Source: Candidatus Zixiibacteriota bacterium (GTDB taxonomy: Bacteria > Zixibacteria > MSB-5A5 > GN15 > FEB-12). Taken from it: DNA of 19,476 nt. Position numbers and translations under genes: made by a program. Shown piece by piece: positions 7,283 through 16,912 of this stretch. The stretch lies in assembly GCA_041742355.1 (NCBI GenBank), contig JBGSIV010000055.1, positions 1-19,476 of the forward strand, given 5' to 3'. The notes beneath the pieces are model-generated. The model had not been told where the DNA came from, ran no database searches, and saw only the letters and a list, made by a program, of their open reading frames with translations. Positions within the stretch are counted from its first letter, which is position 1. The number at the start of each line of letters is the position of its first letter.

Positions 7283-7594
7283 TCACCAGATACCGAGAAT
7301 ATCCTTGGCGAGATCCGAAGCCATCGATTCCGGATCCCACATCGGTTCCCAGACCAGAATCACCTCGACCTCTTTGACTCCCTCCATGGCGGCAACCTCC
7401 TTATGCACTTCCGTAATGAGCATTTCGCCATAGGGACAGGCAGGGGTAGTTAGCGTCATCTTGACTTCGACTTTGCCCGAATCATAGGGCAGGACATCGT
7501 ACACCAAACCGAGGTCAACTATCCCGATACGGATCTCCGGGTCATGAATCGGCCGGAGAACTTCGATCACCTGTTCTTTCGTCGGAACTGCCAT
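7283..7594 (-). CDS. sufT: SufT/PaaD-like DUF59 Fe-S maturation protein
   Basis: 'DPEIRIGIVDLGLVY', 'MTLTTPACP' and 'VWEPMWDPESM'. Start placed at MAVPTKEQ (ATG 7594) after GGAG; the longer ORF-track start overlaps sufU. Confidence 0.9.
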   Translation of the reverse strand: MAVPTKEQVIEVLRPIHDPEIRIGIVDLGLVYDVLPYDSGKVEVKMTLTTPACPYGEMLITEVHKEVAAMEGVKEVEVILVWEPMWDPESMASDLAKDILGIW

Positions 7595-7604
7595 ATCGTT
7601 CTGC

Positions 7605-8081
7605 TTACTCCTTTTCCTCAGTCGAGGCCTTCGCCGCGGCCGGCGCATTTCCCTGCTCATAATTGCTGATCCCTTCGATCAGCGTCACCCACGCCAGGAG
7701 CGCACATTTGATACGTACGGGAAAGTTGCGGACTCCCTGCAGCGCGTCGACATCCCCCAGCTCCTCAGGAACCTGCGTCTCTTCCCCCTTGAGAATTTTC
7801 CGCACGACTCCGGCAATCCGCTTGGCATCTTCAAGCGAGCGTCCCTTGATCACTTCCGCGAGGATAGAGCTCGAGGCGGTTGAGATCGCGCAGCCCTTGC
7901 AATCGATATGGACATTTTTGACCGTGCCGTCATCCATCTCGACATCGAGCGACAATTCGTCGCCGCAGGCGGGGTTGTGGCCCTTCGAAGAAATGTCGGA
8001 CCTTTCCACGGGTTTCTTGCCGCGCGGGGCACGGTAGTGGTCGAGGATGACCTCACGGTACATGTCGTCGAGATTGGTCAT
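7605..8081 (-). CDS. sufU: SUF system NifU-family sulfur-transfer/scaffold protein SufU
   Basis: 'YREVILDHY', 'NPACGD', 'GCAISTASSS' and 'RIKCALLAW'. Has the SufU-type insertion and lacks the IscU LPPVK motif. Confidence 0.93.
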   Translation of the reverse strand: MTNLDDMYREVILDHYRAPRGKKPVERSDISSKGHNPACGDELSLDVEMDDGTVKNVHIDCKGCAISTASSSILAEVIKGRSLEDAKRIAGVVRKILKGEETQVPEELGDVDALQGVRNFPVRIKCALLAWVTLIEGISNYEQGNAPAAAKASTEEKE

Positions 8082-9352
8082 AGCCCGAAGTAACTCCTCA
8101 TCTGCCTCAAAGCGGCGACCAGTGCGTCAATGTCCGATTCGTCGTTGTAGATATAGAGCGAGGCCCGCGCGGTGGCCACCTTGCCGAGGATCCGCATGAG
8201 CGGCTGGGCGCAGTGGTGTCCGGCGCGGATCGCAATCCCCTGAGAATCGAGGAACGTGCTGATGTCATGCGGGTGGAGATCCCGATCGGTGAACGATACC
8301 GCACCGCCCCGGAGCGCGGGATCGGACGGTCCTTGGATCTCAATGCCCGGAATCGTGCGGAGCTGGTCGATAGCGTAGCCGGTCAGCGCCTGTTCATGCC
8401 CGCGAACCCGGTCCATGCCGATCTCATCGAGATACGTCAGGGCAGCGTCGAACGCTACGACATCGGCAATGCTCGGGGTACCGCCTTCAAACTTATTGGG
8501 CAACTCGGCCCAGGTCACGTGATCAAAGCGGACCTCGCGGATCATCTCGCCCCCCATGTTGAATGGCGGCATGGCTTCGAGCAGATCCCTGCGCCCCCAC
8601 AAGACGCCGACTCCCGTCGGGCCGAGCATCTTGTGCGAAGAAAAAGCGTAGAAATCGACGCCAAGCGCCTTGATGTCAAGTGGAAGATGCGGGGCGGCCT
8701 GGGCGCCATCGGCCAGGACGACCGCACCATGCCGTTTGGCTTTCGCCGCGATCTCCGCTACCGGGTTGATCGTCCCGAGAACGTTGCTCATGTGGCTAAT
8801 CGCCACCAGTTTCGTCCGGGGGGTGAGGATGCTGTCGATCTGGCTCAAATCCAATAGGCCGTCGGGGGTAATGGGGATCCGCTTGAGCACCGCTTTCTTG
8901 CGCTTTGCCAGTACCACCCACGGCACCAGGTTGGCGTGGTGTTCCATCTCGGTGATGACGATTTCGTCCCCTTCGCCGATGTTCTCCTCACCCCACGTAT
9001 ACATGACGAGGTTGATCGCCTCGGTCGTGCCGCGAGTGAAGATGACCTCGGGAGAATCTACACCGATGAAACGGGCCACGTGCGTGCGCGTTCGCTCGTA
9101 GAGCTCGGTCGATCTTTCCGAGAGGAAATGAAGCCCCCGGTGAATGTTGGCGTTGTAGCGGCTGTAGAAATCGGTCAGTGCGTCGATCACGCCCCGCGGT
9201 TTCTGCGTTGTCGCCGCGTTGTCGAGATACACCAGGTTATGGCCGTTGACCTTTGTCTGGAGAATGGGGAAATCGGCCTTGATGCGCTCCACCTGGATCG
9301 GCGATGACGCCGACGCGAGTCTTTCCGGATGCTGTTGCATTCTCTGTTCCAT
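8078..9352 (-). CDS. sufS: cysteine desulfurase SufS (group II)
   Basis: 'LVYLDNAATTQKP', 'MEHHANLVPW', PLP-Lys motif 'SSHKMLGPTGVG' and catalytic 'RAGHHCAQP'. Confidence 0.97.
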   Translation of the reverse strand: MEQRMQQHPERLASASSPIQVERIKADFPILQTKVNGHNLVYLDNAATTQKPRGVIDALTDFYSRYNANIHRGLHFLSERSTELYERTRTHVARFIGVDSPEVIFTRGTTEAINLVMYTWGEENIGEGDEIVITEMEHHANLVPWVVLAKRKKAVLKRIPITPDGLLDLSQIDSILTPRTKLVAISHMSNVLGTINPVAEIAAKAKRHGAVVLADGAQAAPHLPLDIKALGVDFYAFSSHKMLGPTGVGVLWGRRDLLEAMPPFNMGGEMIREVRFDHVTWAELPNKFEGGTPSIADVVAFDAALTYLDEIGMDRVRGHEQALTGYAIDQLRTIPGIEIQGPSDPALRGGAVSFTDRDLHPHDISTFLDSQGIAIRAGHHCAQPLMRILGKVATARASLYIYNDESDIDALVAALRQMRSYFGL

Positions 9353-9380
9353 GCTTCATGGTCTCCCTTGCGAACCCCGA

Positions 9381-9692
9381 TCAATCGACCGCGACGAGGA
9401 TATCGTCGCCATCGATCTTGACCTCATAAGTTTCGACCGGCACGACAGCCGGCGGAGCCTCGACCGCTCCGTCCTTGACATTGAACCGGGCGCCGTGGCG
9501 CGGACAGACAACCTGCTCTTTGAACAGGCGTCCGGTCGAAATCGGCGCGCCGTCGTGCGTGCATTCATCGGCGATCGCATAGAAACTGCCGCCGACATTG
9601 CACACGACTATTCGGCTGTGGCCGACCTGGAACGCCCGCATCGTGGCAAGAGGGATGTCCCCCACACTGGCTACCTTGCGAAAGCCGGCCAT
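9381..9692 (-). CDS. Rieske-type [2Fe-2S] ferredoxin (SUF-associated)
   Basis: 'CTH...CPRHGARF' Rieske motifs. Start placed at MAGFRKV (ATG 9692), immediately after the sufD stop. Confidence 0.92.
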   Translation of the reverse strand: MAGFRKVASVGDIPLATMRAFQVGHSRIVVCNVGGSFYAIADECTHDGAPISTGRLFKEQVVCPRHGARFNVKDGAVEAPPAVVPVETYEVKIDGDDILVAVD

Positions 9693-9693
9693 G

Positions 9694-11025
9694 TCAGATC
9701 CCTTCCAGCCGCTCGGTAACGAACTCCCCAATCCGCTCGCGCAGATCATCGGGGATCTGCTTCAACGTCGACGCAACAAACCCCGACACGATCATGCGCA
9801 CCGCCTCATTCCGCTCGATTCCGCGGGCGGTAAGGTAGAAGATCGACTCCGGGTCGATCGGGCCGATCGTCGCGCCGTGGCTGCACTTGACATCCTCGTT
9901 GAGGATCTCAAGTTCCGGAATGGTCTCCGCCTTCGGGCCGCGGTTGAGCAGGAGGTTGCGATTCTCCTGGTATGCCTCGCACGTCTTGGCGTGCTGCTCG
10001 ATACGGATGAGGCCGGTGTAGGCCGAAACCGCCTTGTCCCGCAGCACCGTCTTGAAATCGATATCCGAGGTCGTGGTGCCGGACCGGTGCTCGTGGAGCG
10101 TGTGGTTGTCGAAGTGCTGGTATCCGGATCCGAAAAGCATGCCGAACATCCGGCTGTTCGCCCCGCGGCCGTTCAGAATCACACCGAAATTCTGCTTGGC
10201 TATATTCCCGCCGAACGCCAGCGGGATTGTGAGCATCTGGGCGTTCTGGCCGATCTGTGCACGGTGCGACAGGTACATATTCACCGCTGTGCCCTGACGC
10301 TGTACCGATACGTACCGGACCCGGCTGTCATCCTCGGCAATAATCTCCACCGTGGCGTTGACACTGGCATAGGTGTCGCCATCGGAGGGACCGCCGGCGT
10401 ACTCGTCGATCAGGGTCATCTCGGCGTTCCGCCCGACAACCACGAGCAGGCGCGGGAAAAACGCCGAACCGGAGGCGCCAGCCTCGCGCAGGAGGTGAAT
10501 CGGCTTCTCGACCGTCTTGCCGGCCGGCACATATACGAAGATTCCGTCATTCCAGAGCGAGCTATTGAGGGCCTCGAACTTGCCCATGTGGGCATCGACC
10601 AGCGAGTACAGGTGCTTTTCCACCAACTCGTGGTGCCGTTCAACTGCCACCGAAAGCGGCTCGACAATCACGCCCAGCTTGGCCAGAGATTCGGCGCCAT
10701 ACGTGGCGATTTCGCGGCCGGCGAGGTCGGTGACCAGCGCGGCGAGATGTCCGCTGTCGACATGCTCCTTCTCCAGCCGAATCACAGTGTCCTGATCCTC
10801 GCTCACCACCGTATCGGCGATATTGCCGGTGGGGACGAGGAAGGTGGCCGGGTCGGTGTAACGCCACAGGTGCAGCCCACGGCGGGGGAGAGGCGCGGCG
10901 TTGAACAGATCCCGGGAGCGGCGACGTACGCCGCGCAGCCACTCGGGACCGCGAAGCAGCGCTGGGGAGTACTCCGGAATCTGGTGCTCGGCGCCCGGCA
11001 TATCCAGTATATCGTGGGTGTTCAT
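9694..11025 (-). CDS. sufD: Fe-S cluster assembly protein SufD
   Basis: 'WRYTD', a beta-helix region, 'PELEILNEDVKCSHGATIG' and 'FYLTARGI'. Confidence 0.95.
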   Translation of the reverse strand: MNTHDILDMPGAEHQIPEYSPALLRGPEWLRGVRRRSRDLFNAAPLPRRGLHLWRYTDPATFLVPTGNIADTVVSEDQDTVIRLEKEHVDSGHLAALVTDLAGREIATYGAESLAKLGVIVEPLSVAVERHHELVEKHLYSLVDAHMGKFEALNSSLWNDGIFVYVPAGKTVEKPIHLLREAGASGSAFFPRLLVVVGRNAEMTLIDEYAGGPSDGDTYASVNATVEIIAEDDSRVRYVSVQRQGTAVNMYLSHRAQIGQNAQMLTIPLAFGGNIAKQNFGVILNGRGANSRMFGMLFGSGYQHFDNHTLHEHRSGTTTSDIDFKTVLRDKAVSAYTGLIRIEQHAKTCEAYQENRNLLLNRGPKAETIPELEILNEDVKCSHGATIGPIDPESIFYLTARGIERNEAVRMIVSGFVASTLKQIPDDLRERIGEFVTERLEGI

Positions 11026-11027
11026 AG

Positions 11028-12464
11028 CTATCCGATCGACCCTTCCATTTCAAGTTCAATCAGCCGGTTCAGTTCGACCGCGTACTCCATCGGCAGCTCC
11101 TTGGTGAACGGCTCCATAAAGCCGTTGACGATGAGCAGTCGGGCATCGTCCTCAGTGAGGCCGCGGCTGGTGAGGTAGAAGAGTTGTTCCTCGGCCACCT
11201 TGGAGACGCGGGCCTCGTGTTCCACGCGGACCAGATCGTTGTCGATCTCCATCGTCGGATACGTATCCGACCGGGCCGCTTCGCCGATTAACAGCGCGTC
11301 GCACTCGACCGACACCTTGGAATTGACCGCGTTCTTGTGGATCTTGACCAGGCCGCGGTACGACGCCCGGCCGTTGTCCTTCGAAATGGATTTCGAGGTA
11401 ATCCGCGACGACGTATTCGGCGCGGCGTGGATCACCTTGGCGCCGGCGTCCTGGTGCTGGTCGATACCGGCGAACGCCACCGAGAGGATTTCCCCCTTTG
11501 CGCCTTCACCGACCAGCTGAATGCACGGGTACTTCATCGTCAGCCGCGAGCCGATATTTCCATCGACCCACTCCACCGTCGCGTTCTTGTGCGCGGTGGC
11601 CCGTTTCGTGACGAGGTTGTAGATATTGCGCGCCCAGTTCTGGATTGTCGTGTAGCGGATGTACGCTCCTTCGAGCGCGATCAGCTCAACTACCGCCGAA
11701 TGGAGGGAGTCCGTCGAGTACACCGGGGCCGTGCAGCCCTCGATGTAGTGCACCCGTGATCCCTTGTCGGCGATAATCAGCGTCCGCTCGAACTGCCCCA
11801 TATTCTCCGCGTTGATGCGGAAATACGCCTGCAGCGGGATCTTCACATCGACCCCCGGCGGGACATAGATGAACGAACCGCCCGACCAGGCAGCCGTATT
11901 GAGGGCGGCGAACTTGTTGTCGGCCGACGGAATCACCGTGCCGAAGTACTTCTCGACAATATCCGGCCGCTCGCGCAGGGCCGAGTCCATATCCAGGAAG
12001 ACGATTCCCTGCTCCTTGAGGTCGTCGCGCATCGAATGGTACACCACTTCCGATTCGTACTGCGCCGAAACGCCGCCAAGGAAGTTCTTCTCAGCTTCGG
12101 GAATGCCGAGGCGGTCGAAAGTCTTCTTGATATACTCGGGGACATCATCCCAGCTCTTCCCCTGATGCTCGATCGGTTTCATGAAGTAGAAGATGTTATC
12201 GAAATCGATTTCGCCGAGGAGCTTCGTGTTCCCCCACTGCGGCATCGGCTTGGCGAGGAATATATCCAGCGCCTCGTGCCGGCGGTCGGCCATCCAGCGG
12301 GGTTCCCCCTTCATCCGGGAGATCATCTCAACCACTTCGTGGTTGATACCACGGGCTCCTTTATGGAAGTAATTCACCGGATCGTGGAAACCGTACTTGG
12401 TGGCGTAATCTTCACCAAGGGTCGCCAGTTCGGCGTTCTGTTTTGCGCGTGCTGTCTCTGCCAT
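11028..12464 (-). CDS. sufB: Fe-S cluster assembly protein SufB
   Basis: '[11 protein letters not shown]', '[10 protein letters not shown]', 'GQFERTLII', 'YIEGCTAP', 'LHSAVVE' and '[23 protein letters not shown]'. 478 aa, no intein. Confidence 0.98.
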   Translation of the reverse strand: MAETARAKQNAELATLGEDYATKYGFHDPVNYFHKGARGINHEVVEMISRMKGEPRWMADRRHEALDIFLAKPMPQWGNTKLLGEIDFDNIFYFMKPIEHQGKSWDDVPEYIKKTFDRLGIPEAEKNFLGGVSAQYESEVVYHSMRDDLKEQGIVFLDMDSALRERPDIVEKYFGTVIPSADNKFAALNTAAWSGGSFIYVPPGVDVKIPLQAYFRINAENMGQFERTLIIADKGSRVHYIEGCTAPVYSTDSLHSAVVELIALEGAYIRYTTIQNWARNIYNLVTKRATAHKNATVEWVDGNIGSRLTMKYPCIQLVGEGAKGEILSVAFAGIDQHQDAGAKVIHAAPNTSSRITSKSISKDNGRASYRGLVKIHKNAVNSKVSVECDALLIGEAARSDTYPTMEIDNDLVRVEHEARVSKVAEEQLFYLTSRGLTEDDARLLIVNGFMEPFTKELPMEYAVELNRLIELEMEGSIG

Positions 12465-12467
12465 ACT

Positions 12468-13238
12468 TTACACCTGTGCCGTTTCGGGTGCCGTGCCCAC
12501 GAGCCAGTCGTAGCCGCGCTCCTCCAGTTCGAGCGCCAGCTCCGGACCACCCGATTTGACCAGCTTGCCTCGCGACATGACATGGACATGATCCGGCTTC
12601 ACGTAGTTCAGCAACCGCTGGTAGTGTGTGACCAGAAGGAGGCCGTTCTCCTCCGTATGGTACCGGTTGATTCCCTCGGCCACCGTCTTGAGGGCGTCGA
12701 TATCCAGCCCCGAGTCGGTTTCGTCAAGGAGAGCCATCTTCGGGTTGAGCATCGCCATCTGGAGAATCTCGATGCGCTTCTTCTCGCCACCCGAGAACCC
12801 TTCGTTGAGGTACCGGGCCGCGAACTCGCGGTCGATATTCAGGTCGGCCATTTTGCCGGTGAAGACCTTGCGGAAATCGGTCATGTCGGCCCCTTTGCCG
12901 CGATGCGATTGAACCGCCGCGCGCATGAAATTGGCCACCGTCACCCCTGGGATCGCCAGTGGATACTGAAACGCCAGGAAGAGCCCGGAGCGGGAGCGTT
13001 CGTCCGCTTCCATCTCCAGCAGGTTCCGGCCGTCAAGATATGCCTCGCCGGCGGTAACCCGATAGTTCGGGTGACCCATCAGGGCGTTGGAGAGCGAGGA
13101 TTTGCCCGAGCCGTTCGGCCCCATAATCGCATGGACCTCGCCCCGGTACACCGTCAGCGATACACCGCTGACCACTTCTTTGCTCTCGACTTCAACATGA
13201 ATGTCCCGGAGGTCGAAGAGCGGAGTCTTATCTGCCAT
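12468..13238 (-). CDS. sufC: Fe-S cluster assembly ATPase SufC
   Basis: 'HAIMGPNGSGKS', 'FLAFQYP', 'NEGFSGGEKKR', 'LDETDSGLDIDAL' and 'THYQRLL'. Confidence 0.98.
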   Translation of the reverse strand: MADKTPLFDLRDIHVEVESKEVVSGVSLTVYRGEVHAIMGPNGSGKSSLSNALMGHPNYRVTAGEAYLDGRNLLEMEADERSRSGLFLAFQYPLAIPGVTVANFMRAAVQSHRGKGADMTDFRKVFTGKMADLNIDREFAARYLNEGFSGGEKKRIEILQMAMLNPKMALLDETDSGLDIDALKTVAEGINRYHTEENGLLLVTHYQRLLNYVKPDHVHVMSRGKLVKSGGPELALELEERGYDWLVGTAPETAQV

Positions 13239-13252
13239 TGCCGTTCGTTTCC

Positions 13253-13807
13253 TTATATAGACTGTTGTTTGTACTTTTCACTTCTGGTCTCACCATCCTC
13301 GGCGCGGGCGACCGTGATATCGGTGGCTACTGGAGGCTCTGAAAGCAGGCTCTCGGCTGCGATAAAGCCCGGCTGCACCCCTGAACCGGCGTTGGTGCGT
13401 TTAATCAAATCATCAAGCGTCGTGCGGCTCAGTATATCGCTGATATAGAGCGCGAGGCTGTCCAGCACGTGGTGAACACTGCAGTTGTCGCTGTGCACAC
13501 AGGCGTCGAGCTGACCCTTGAACCGGACACAATGGTCGGGATCGATGAGCGGGCCGCCGAGCGCAGTCATCACTTCAAGGAGATTGATCTGGTGCGGCTC
13601 GCGTGTAATGCAGAATCCGCCACTGCGGCCCCGAACGGCAGTTACCAGGCCGGCCTTCCGCAATATCGCCAAGAGCTTGGAGGCGTAGGGAACGGAGAGT
13701 CCCTCAAGGTCGGCGATGTCGCTAATCGACAACTGCCCCTGCGTGCCCTGCCGTGCCAGCGCCAGCACGCAGCGCAGGCCGTACTCCTCAAGTGATGATA
13801 TCCTCAT
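13253..13807 (-). CDS. Rrf2-family transcriptional regulator (IscR-like, probable Fe-S sensor)
   Basis: 'MRISSLEEYGLR', wHTH 'LRKAGLVTAVRGRSGGF' and three Cys in 'CVRFKGQLDACVHSDNCSVHH'. Start placed at ATG 13807. Confidence 0.92.
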   Translation of the reverse strand: MRISSLEEYGLRCVLALARQGTQGQLSISDIADLEGLSVPYASKLLAILRKAGLVTAVRGRSGGFCITREPHQINLLEVMTALGGPLIDPDHCVRFKGQLDACVHSDNCSVHHVLDSLALYISDILSRTTLDDLIKRTNAGSGVQPGFIAAESLLSEPPVATDITVARAEDGETRSEKYKQQSI

Positions 13808-13864
13808 GGTCTTTCGTACCTTCTGTTTCTCGTGCAATGAGGTCTATGTGACTCTCTTCGGTCT

Positions 13865-13893
13865 ATTATACCAAATCAATACGGAATTGTAAA
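13865..13893 (-). promoter_or_regulatory. sigma70 promoter of the rrf2-suf operon
   Basis: Minus strand TTTACA(13893-13888)-17 nt-TATAAT(13870-13865), with an extended -10 TG and an AT-rich upstream tract. Confidence 0.8.
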
Positions 13894-14245
13894 CATTTAA
13901 GGTCAATTAACGACAAATTATTGGGTTGGTTCCCGAATAGGCCTGCAAGTCGCGATCTTTCGGCAACTATCCCCATCGGGGAGCCTTGTGCAAAAACACG
14001 CCTAAGGACAATCCATTGTCAGATAACAAAGTACGGAAGAAGCGGGGCGACAGGACGATCTTGGAGGTCAACGGCTGTCGGTACGCGACCCGATCCGGAC
14101 GGCCCCTCAGTGATCGTAAGGCTTTTTGCGACAAGCCGTTATTCTGGCCCTGCCGATACGGGGGAACCGTCCGATGCTCTCTGGTATTACAGACGTGCCG
14201 GACGTTTATCAGGTCCACATTGGCCCAAATCAGGAGGTGCTGTCT

Positions 14246-14764
14246 TTGCACATAACCTATCAGAACACAGGAGACAACCTCAGAGCCCTGGCCGGGCACC
14301 AATACAAGATTTCGACGTCGGCCCGATTCGAGCGCCGTCTGATGCTGTGCGTGGTTGCTCTCGCCGGGGTTGTATTTTTCGGTTTACTTGGCCGGGTAGC
14401 TGCAGTGGACGTGCTGGCTTTTGGCGGGGCTGCCATAATCGTCATGCTGGGCTGGGTCTTGGTTCATCGCAACTTCCACATTCGCCGGATTCTCCAAATG
14501 CATGGAGCGGAGGAGCGGAGGGGTTTTCTCGGACGGGTGCAGACACTGGACGTGACCGACGCGGGGTTGGTCGCAATCTCTAACACAGGCCGCAGTCGCA
14601 TGCCGTTCGAACGAATTCAGCGGATCGATACCGCCGGCGACTGCACCTTCGTCTACCTGACCAAAGCGAATGTCCTCATGCTCAGCGCGTCCGCTACCAT
14701 CGAGGGGGATTACCACCGCTTTGTCGAAGAACTGAAAAGGCAGCACGCACGGGCAGCCGCATGA
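14246..14764 (+). CDS. YcxB-family membrane protein
   Basis: AGGAGG 8 nt before the TTG at 14246. Two adjacent TM helices, then 'VTDAGLVAISNTGRSRMPFERIQRIDTAGDCTFVY', which fits the YcxB C-terminal pattern. Confidence 0.7.
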   Translation: MHITYQNTGDNLRALAGHQYKISTSARFERRLMLCVVALAGVVFFGLLGRVAAVDVLAFGGAAIIVMLGWVLVHRNFHIRRILQMHGAEERRGFLGRVQTLDVTDAGLVAISNTGRSRMPFERIQRIDTAGDCTFVYLTKANVLMLSASATIEGDYHRFVEELKRQHARAAA

Positions 14765-14881
14765 AGTCGAGGATCTACCCTGTGCGGCCGCACTTCCACC
14801 CGTTCCGCCGCGTGCTGTCGACCGGGCGTGGCTGTGACCCGACGGTCTGCCGTACCCGCCGATGCGTTGCACGAATCTGGC

Positions 14882-16192
14882 CTATCCGCCGAACCGCCGG
14901 TTCACTACGTTATTATAGATCGACCCGAACGAATAGTTGACTCCGACCTGGAGGCCGTAAAGGTAGCTGGTCTCCAGCTCCCGCTGCCGCAGCAAGGCCT
15001 GCTGCTCTGTGGCGCCGGCCAGAGGCAGGGAGAGCTGGTCGTGGATCCACTGGACTTGGCTTGACAGGGTGAGCGACAATCCCTCGATTACGCGCAGGGA
15101 GAGCTGGCTGGTCCACCAGACACGGTAGTTCTCCAAATCGTGCAGGTAGTGGCGGCCGGACACCTGCGATGTAATCGTGCCCCATGGCTGGATGATGTCG
15201 GCGGTAGCGGAAAGCCGTTCGCTGACCAGCCACTCCTCAGTTTCAAAGTAGATTGTCCTTTCGATGTAATCCGCGTACTCGAGAGCGAGGTAGTATTCGA
15301 TCCGCAACATGCGCCGCGACGATTCGGAGTAAGGGAAGAGGTTGTACTCAAGACCGGGATTGACAACGGAGGAGAGGTCGAGATTGCCAAATGTGCTGCT
15401 GTTGGTCTCCCAGGTCAGGGCGATCGACCAGTGGTTACTGAGGCTCTTGACGGCGTACGTGGTGAAATTCCAGGCGCGTTTCTTGGAAAAAGTCGAGTTC
15501 CATATGCCCGATTCGTCCATCCACTCGAACTTCTGCTCGAAGTACTGATTCCAGCCGCCGAGGTAGAACTGCCATGCTTCGGTGACGCGGCTCGCCGAGA
15601 GCTCCCCCACAAGCTGCAGATCACGGTAGTGCTTTTCTCCGTTCAACTGGGTAGAGAGGCCGATATTGAAGACCCAGAAGTCCCACGGATCCCTCGGCTG
15701 ATCGACTGCTGATTCGCTCACCGGAGCCATGTACCCGACACTGAGTTGATCGCTCTGTGCTGTACGGGCAACGTAGCGGACGAGGCCGATCTTCAAGTTG
15801 CGCAGCAGGCCCGCCCGGATCATATCGTCAGTATCGGATTCATTGGCCACATGCAGAAGCGTGTCGCGCATCTGTGCGAAACGCCCCTGGCCGATGAACT
15901 CCATCATGAACTCCGTGCCACCGGCTCCCGTCTTTTGCCAGCTTATCAGCACGTGGACATCCGCCTGCCGGCGATCGCGCACGTAGTCGAGAGCGCTCAA
16001 TTCCTGGCGGAAGTAATCGTCAATCGCAAGGGTCTCGTTGTCGAAGACTTCGCCACAATTGGCGCAATCGACAAAAATTCTAATGGGGGGAGAGGGCTGT
16101 TTGGACGCCGGCGATTCGGCGGCGATCGCCTGAACCGCCGCAACGGTCAGGATCACCAAATGGGAGAGGATCAATCTGGTGGTGAGGTTCAT
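14882..16192 (-). CDS. conserved hypothetical exported protein, probable outer-membrane beta-barrel
   Basis: GGAGG before the ATG at 16192, a signal peptide (…AVQAIA-AE), an N-terminal domain 'IFVDCANC…DYVRDRRQADVHVL', and a C-terminal half of amphipathic aromatic-rich strands starting at 'DPWDFWVF'. Confidence 0.75.
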   Translation of the reverse strand: MNLTTRLILSHLVILTVAAVQAIAAESPASKQPSPPIRIFVDCANCGEVFDNETLAIDDYFRQELSALDYVRDRRQADVHVLISWQKTGAGGTEFMMEFIGQGRFAQMRDTLLHVANESDTDDMIRAGLLRNLKIGLVRYVARTAQSDQLSVGYMAPVSESAVDQPRDPWDFWVFNIGLSTQLNGEKHYRDLQLVGELSASRVTEAWQFYLGGWNQYFEQKFEWMDESGIWNSTFSKKRAWNFTTYAVKSLSNHWSIALTWETNSSTFGNLDLSSVVNPGLEYNLFPYSESSRRMLRIEYYLALEYADYIERTIYFETEEWLVSERLSATADIIQPWGTITSQVSGRHYLHDLENYRVWWTSQLSLRVIEGLSLTLSSQVQWIHDQLSLPLAGATEQQALLRQRELETSYLYGLQVGVNYSFGSIYNNVVNRRFGG

Positions 16193-16365
16193 GCTGTCCT
16201 CCGACACGATCCGAACCTCCGGGCGACCCGAGCGAGGCACGGTCATCAATGGAATTTCTCTGTTGTGTCGGAACGATAGCATGCCCGATCGCCGCCGTCA
16301 ACGGGAACCTGTCGGAAAAGGCGACTAACCGGTCGAGTTAAGATATCCGGGGAACGGCAGGTACA

Positions 16366-16794
16366 CTACTGCCGGATGAGCCGCAGGCGGTGGCCCCCGC
16401 CAGGGCCGTCGACCGACGGCTGCGTCATGGTAAGCGTGTCTCCGGAGAGCTCGTAACGGTAGACCCCGCGCAGAACAATTACGGGACGGAGGATCTTGGG
16501 ATAGACGCCGTTGAGCGCGACCGTACTGTCCGTAACCTCATATGGCCCGCCGCCGTCGCCTGCCCCCCCAGGCTCCGGCAACGTGTTCCCTTCGCCGTAG
16601 TAATAGGCGGTATCTTCAAAGATGAACCATATGCCGGTCGTTTCCTCATATCCCTTGTCGGCCGGACTACTCGCGGTAAACGATGAGGTGCCAACGTACT
16701 GGCCGTTCAGACGATCCTGCGGATTGTGGTCGACTTTGTCAATAGGGGATACCATGATCAGTCCTATCAGAAGTGTTGCCGGAACATACGACAT
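16366..16794 (-). CDS. small hypothetical exported beta-rich protein (lipocalin-like pattern)
   Basis: GGGAGG SD, hydrophobic N-terminus, 'LNGQYVG', 'GPYEVTDSTVAL' and 'YRYELSGDTLTM'. Confidence 0.6.
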   Translation of the reverse strand: MSYVPATLLIGLIMVSPIDKVDHNPQDRLNGQYVGTSSFTASSPADKGYEETTGIWFIFEDTAYYYGEGNTLPEPGGAGDGGGPYEVTDSTVALNGVYPKILRPVIVLRGVYRYELSGDTLTMTQPSVDGPGGGHRLRLIRQ

Positions 16795-16868
16795 CGGCGG
16801 CCTCCCTCAAAATGCCTTCATTTGTCGTTTATACACCTTTCCCGAGAGCCGGTTTGGGCGAAAAGCGC

Positions 16869-16912
16869 TTGCGGCGCTTGCGCCTGCGCATTATGATGTG
16901 AAAGTTTTCACA
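16869..16912 (+). promoter_or_regulatory. sigma70 promoter of iorA with an overlapping Rex/CRP-type operator
   Basis: TTGCGG(16869-16874)-17 nt-TATGAT(16892-16897). The palindrome TGTGAA-AGTT-TTCACA (16897-16912) covers the expected start site. Confidence 0.7.

Noticed and set aside
11028..12464. Possible SufB intein
   Set aside because: Normal length (478 aa) with continuous SufB motifs and no intein signatures.
9598..13448. Long + strand ORFs (9598-11178, 12036-13448; similarly 1569-2528, 5137-6246 and the minus ORF 17424-18515)
   Set aside because: Antisense shadows of well-conserved genes, as expected from high-GC codon bias; no recognisable motifs.
14765..14881. Bidirectional terminator between convergent genes (palindrome GTGCGGCCGCAC at 14782-14793)
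   Set aside because: No loop and no U-tract on either strand; unremarkable in GC-rich DNA.
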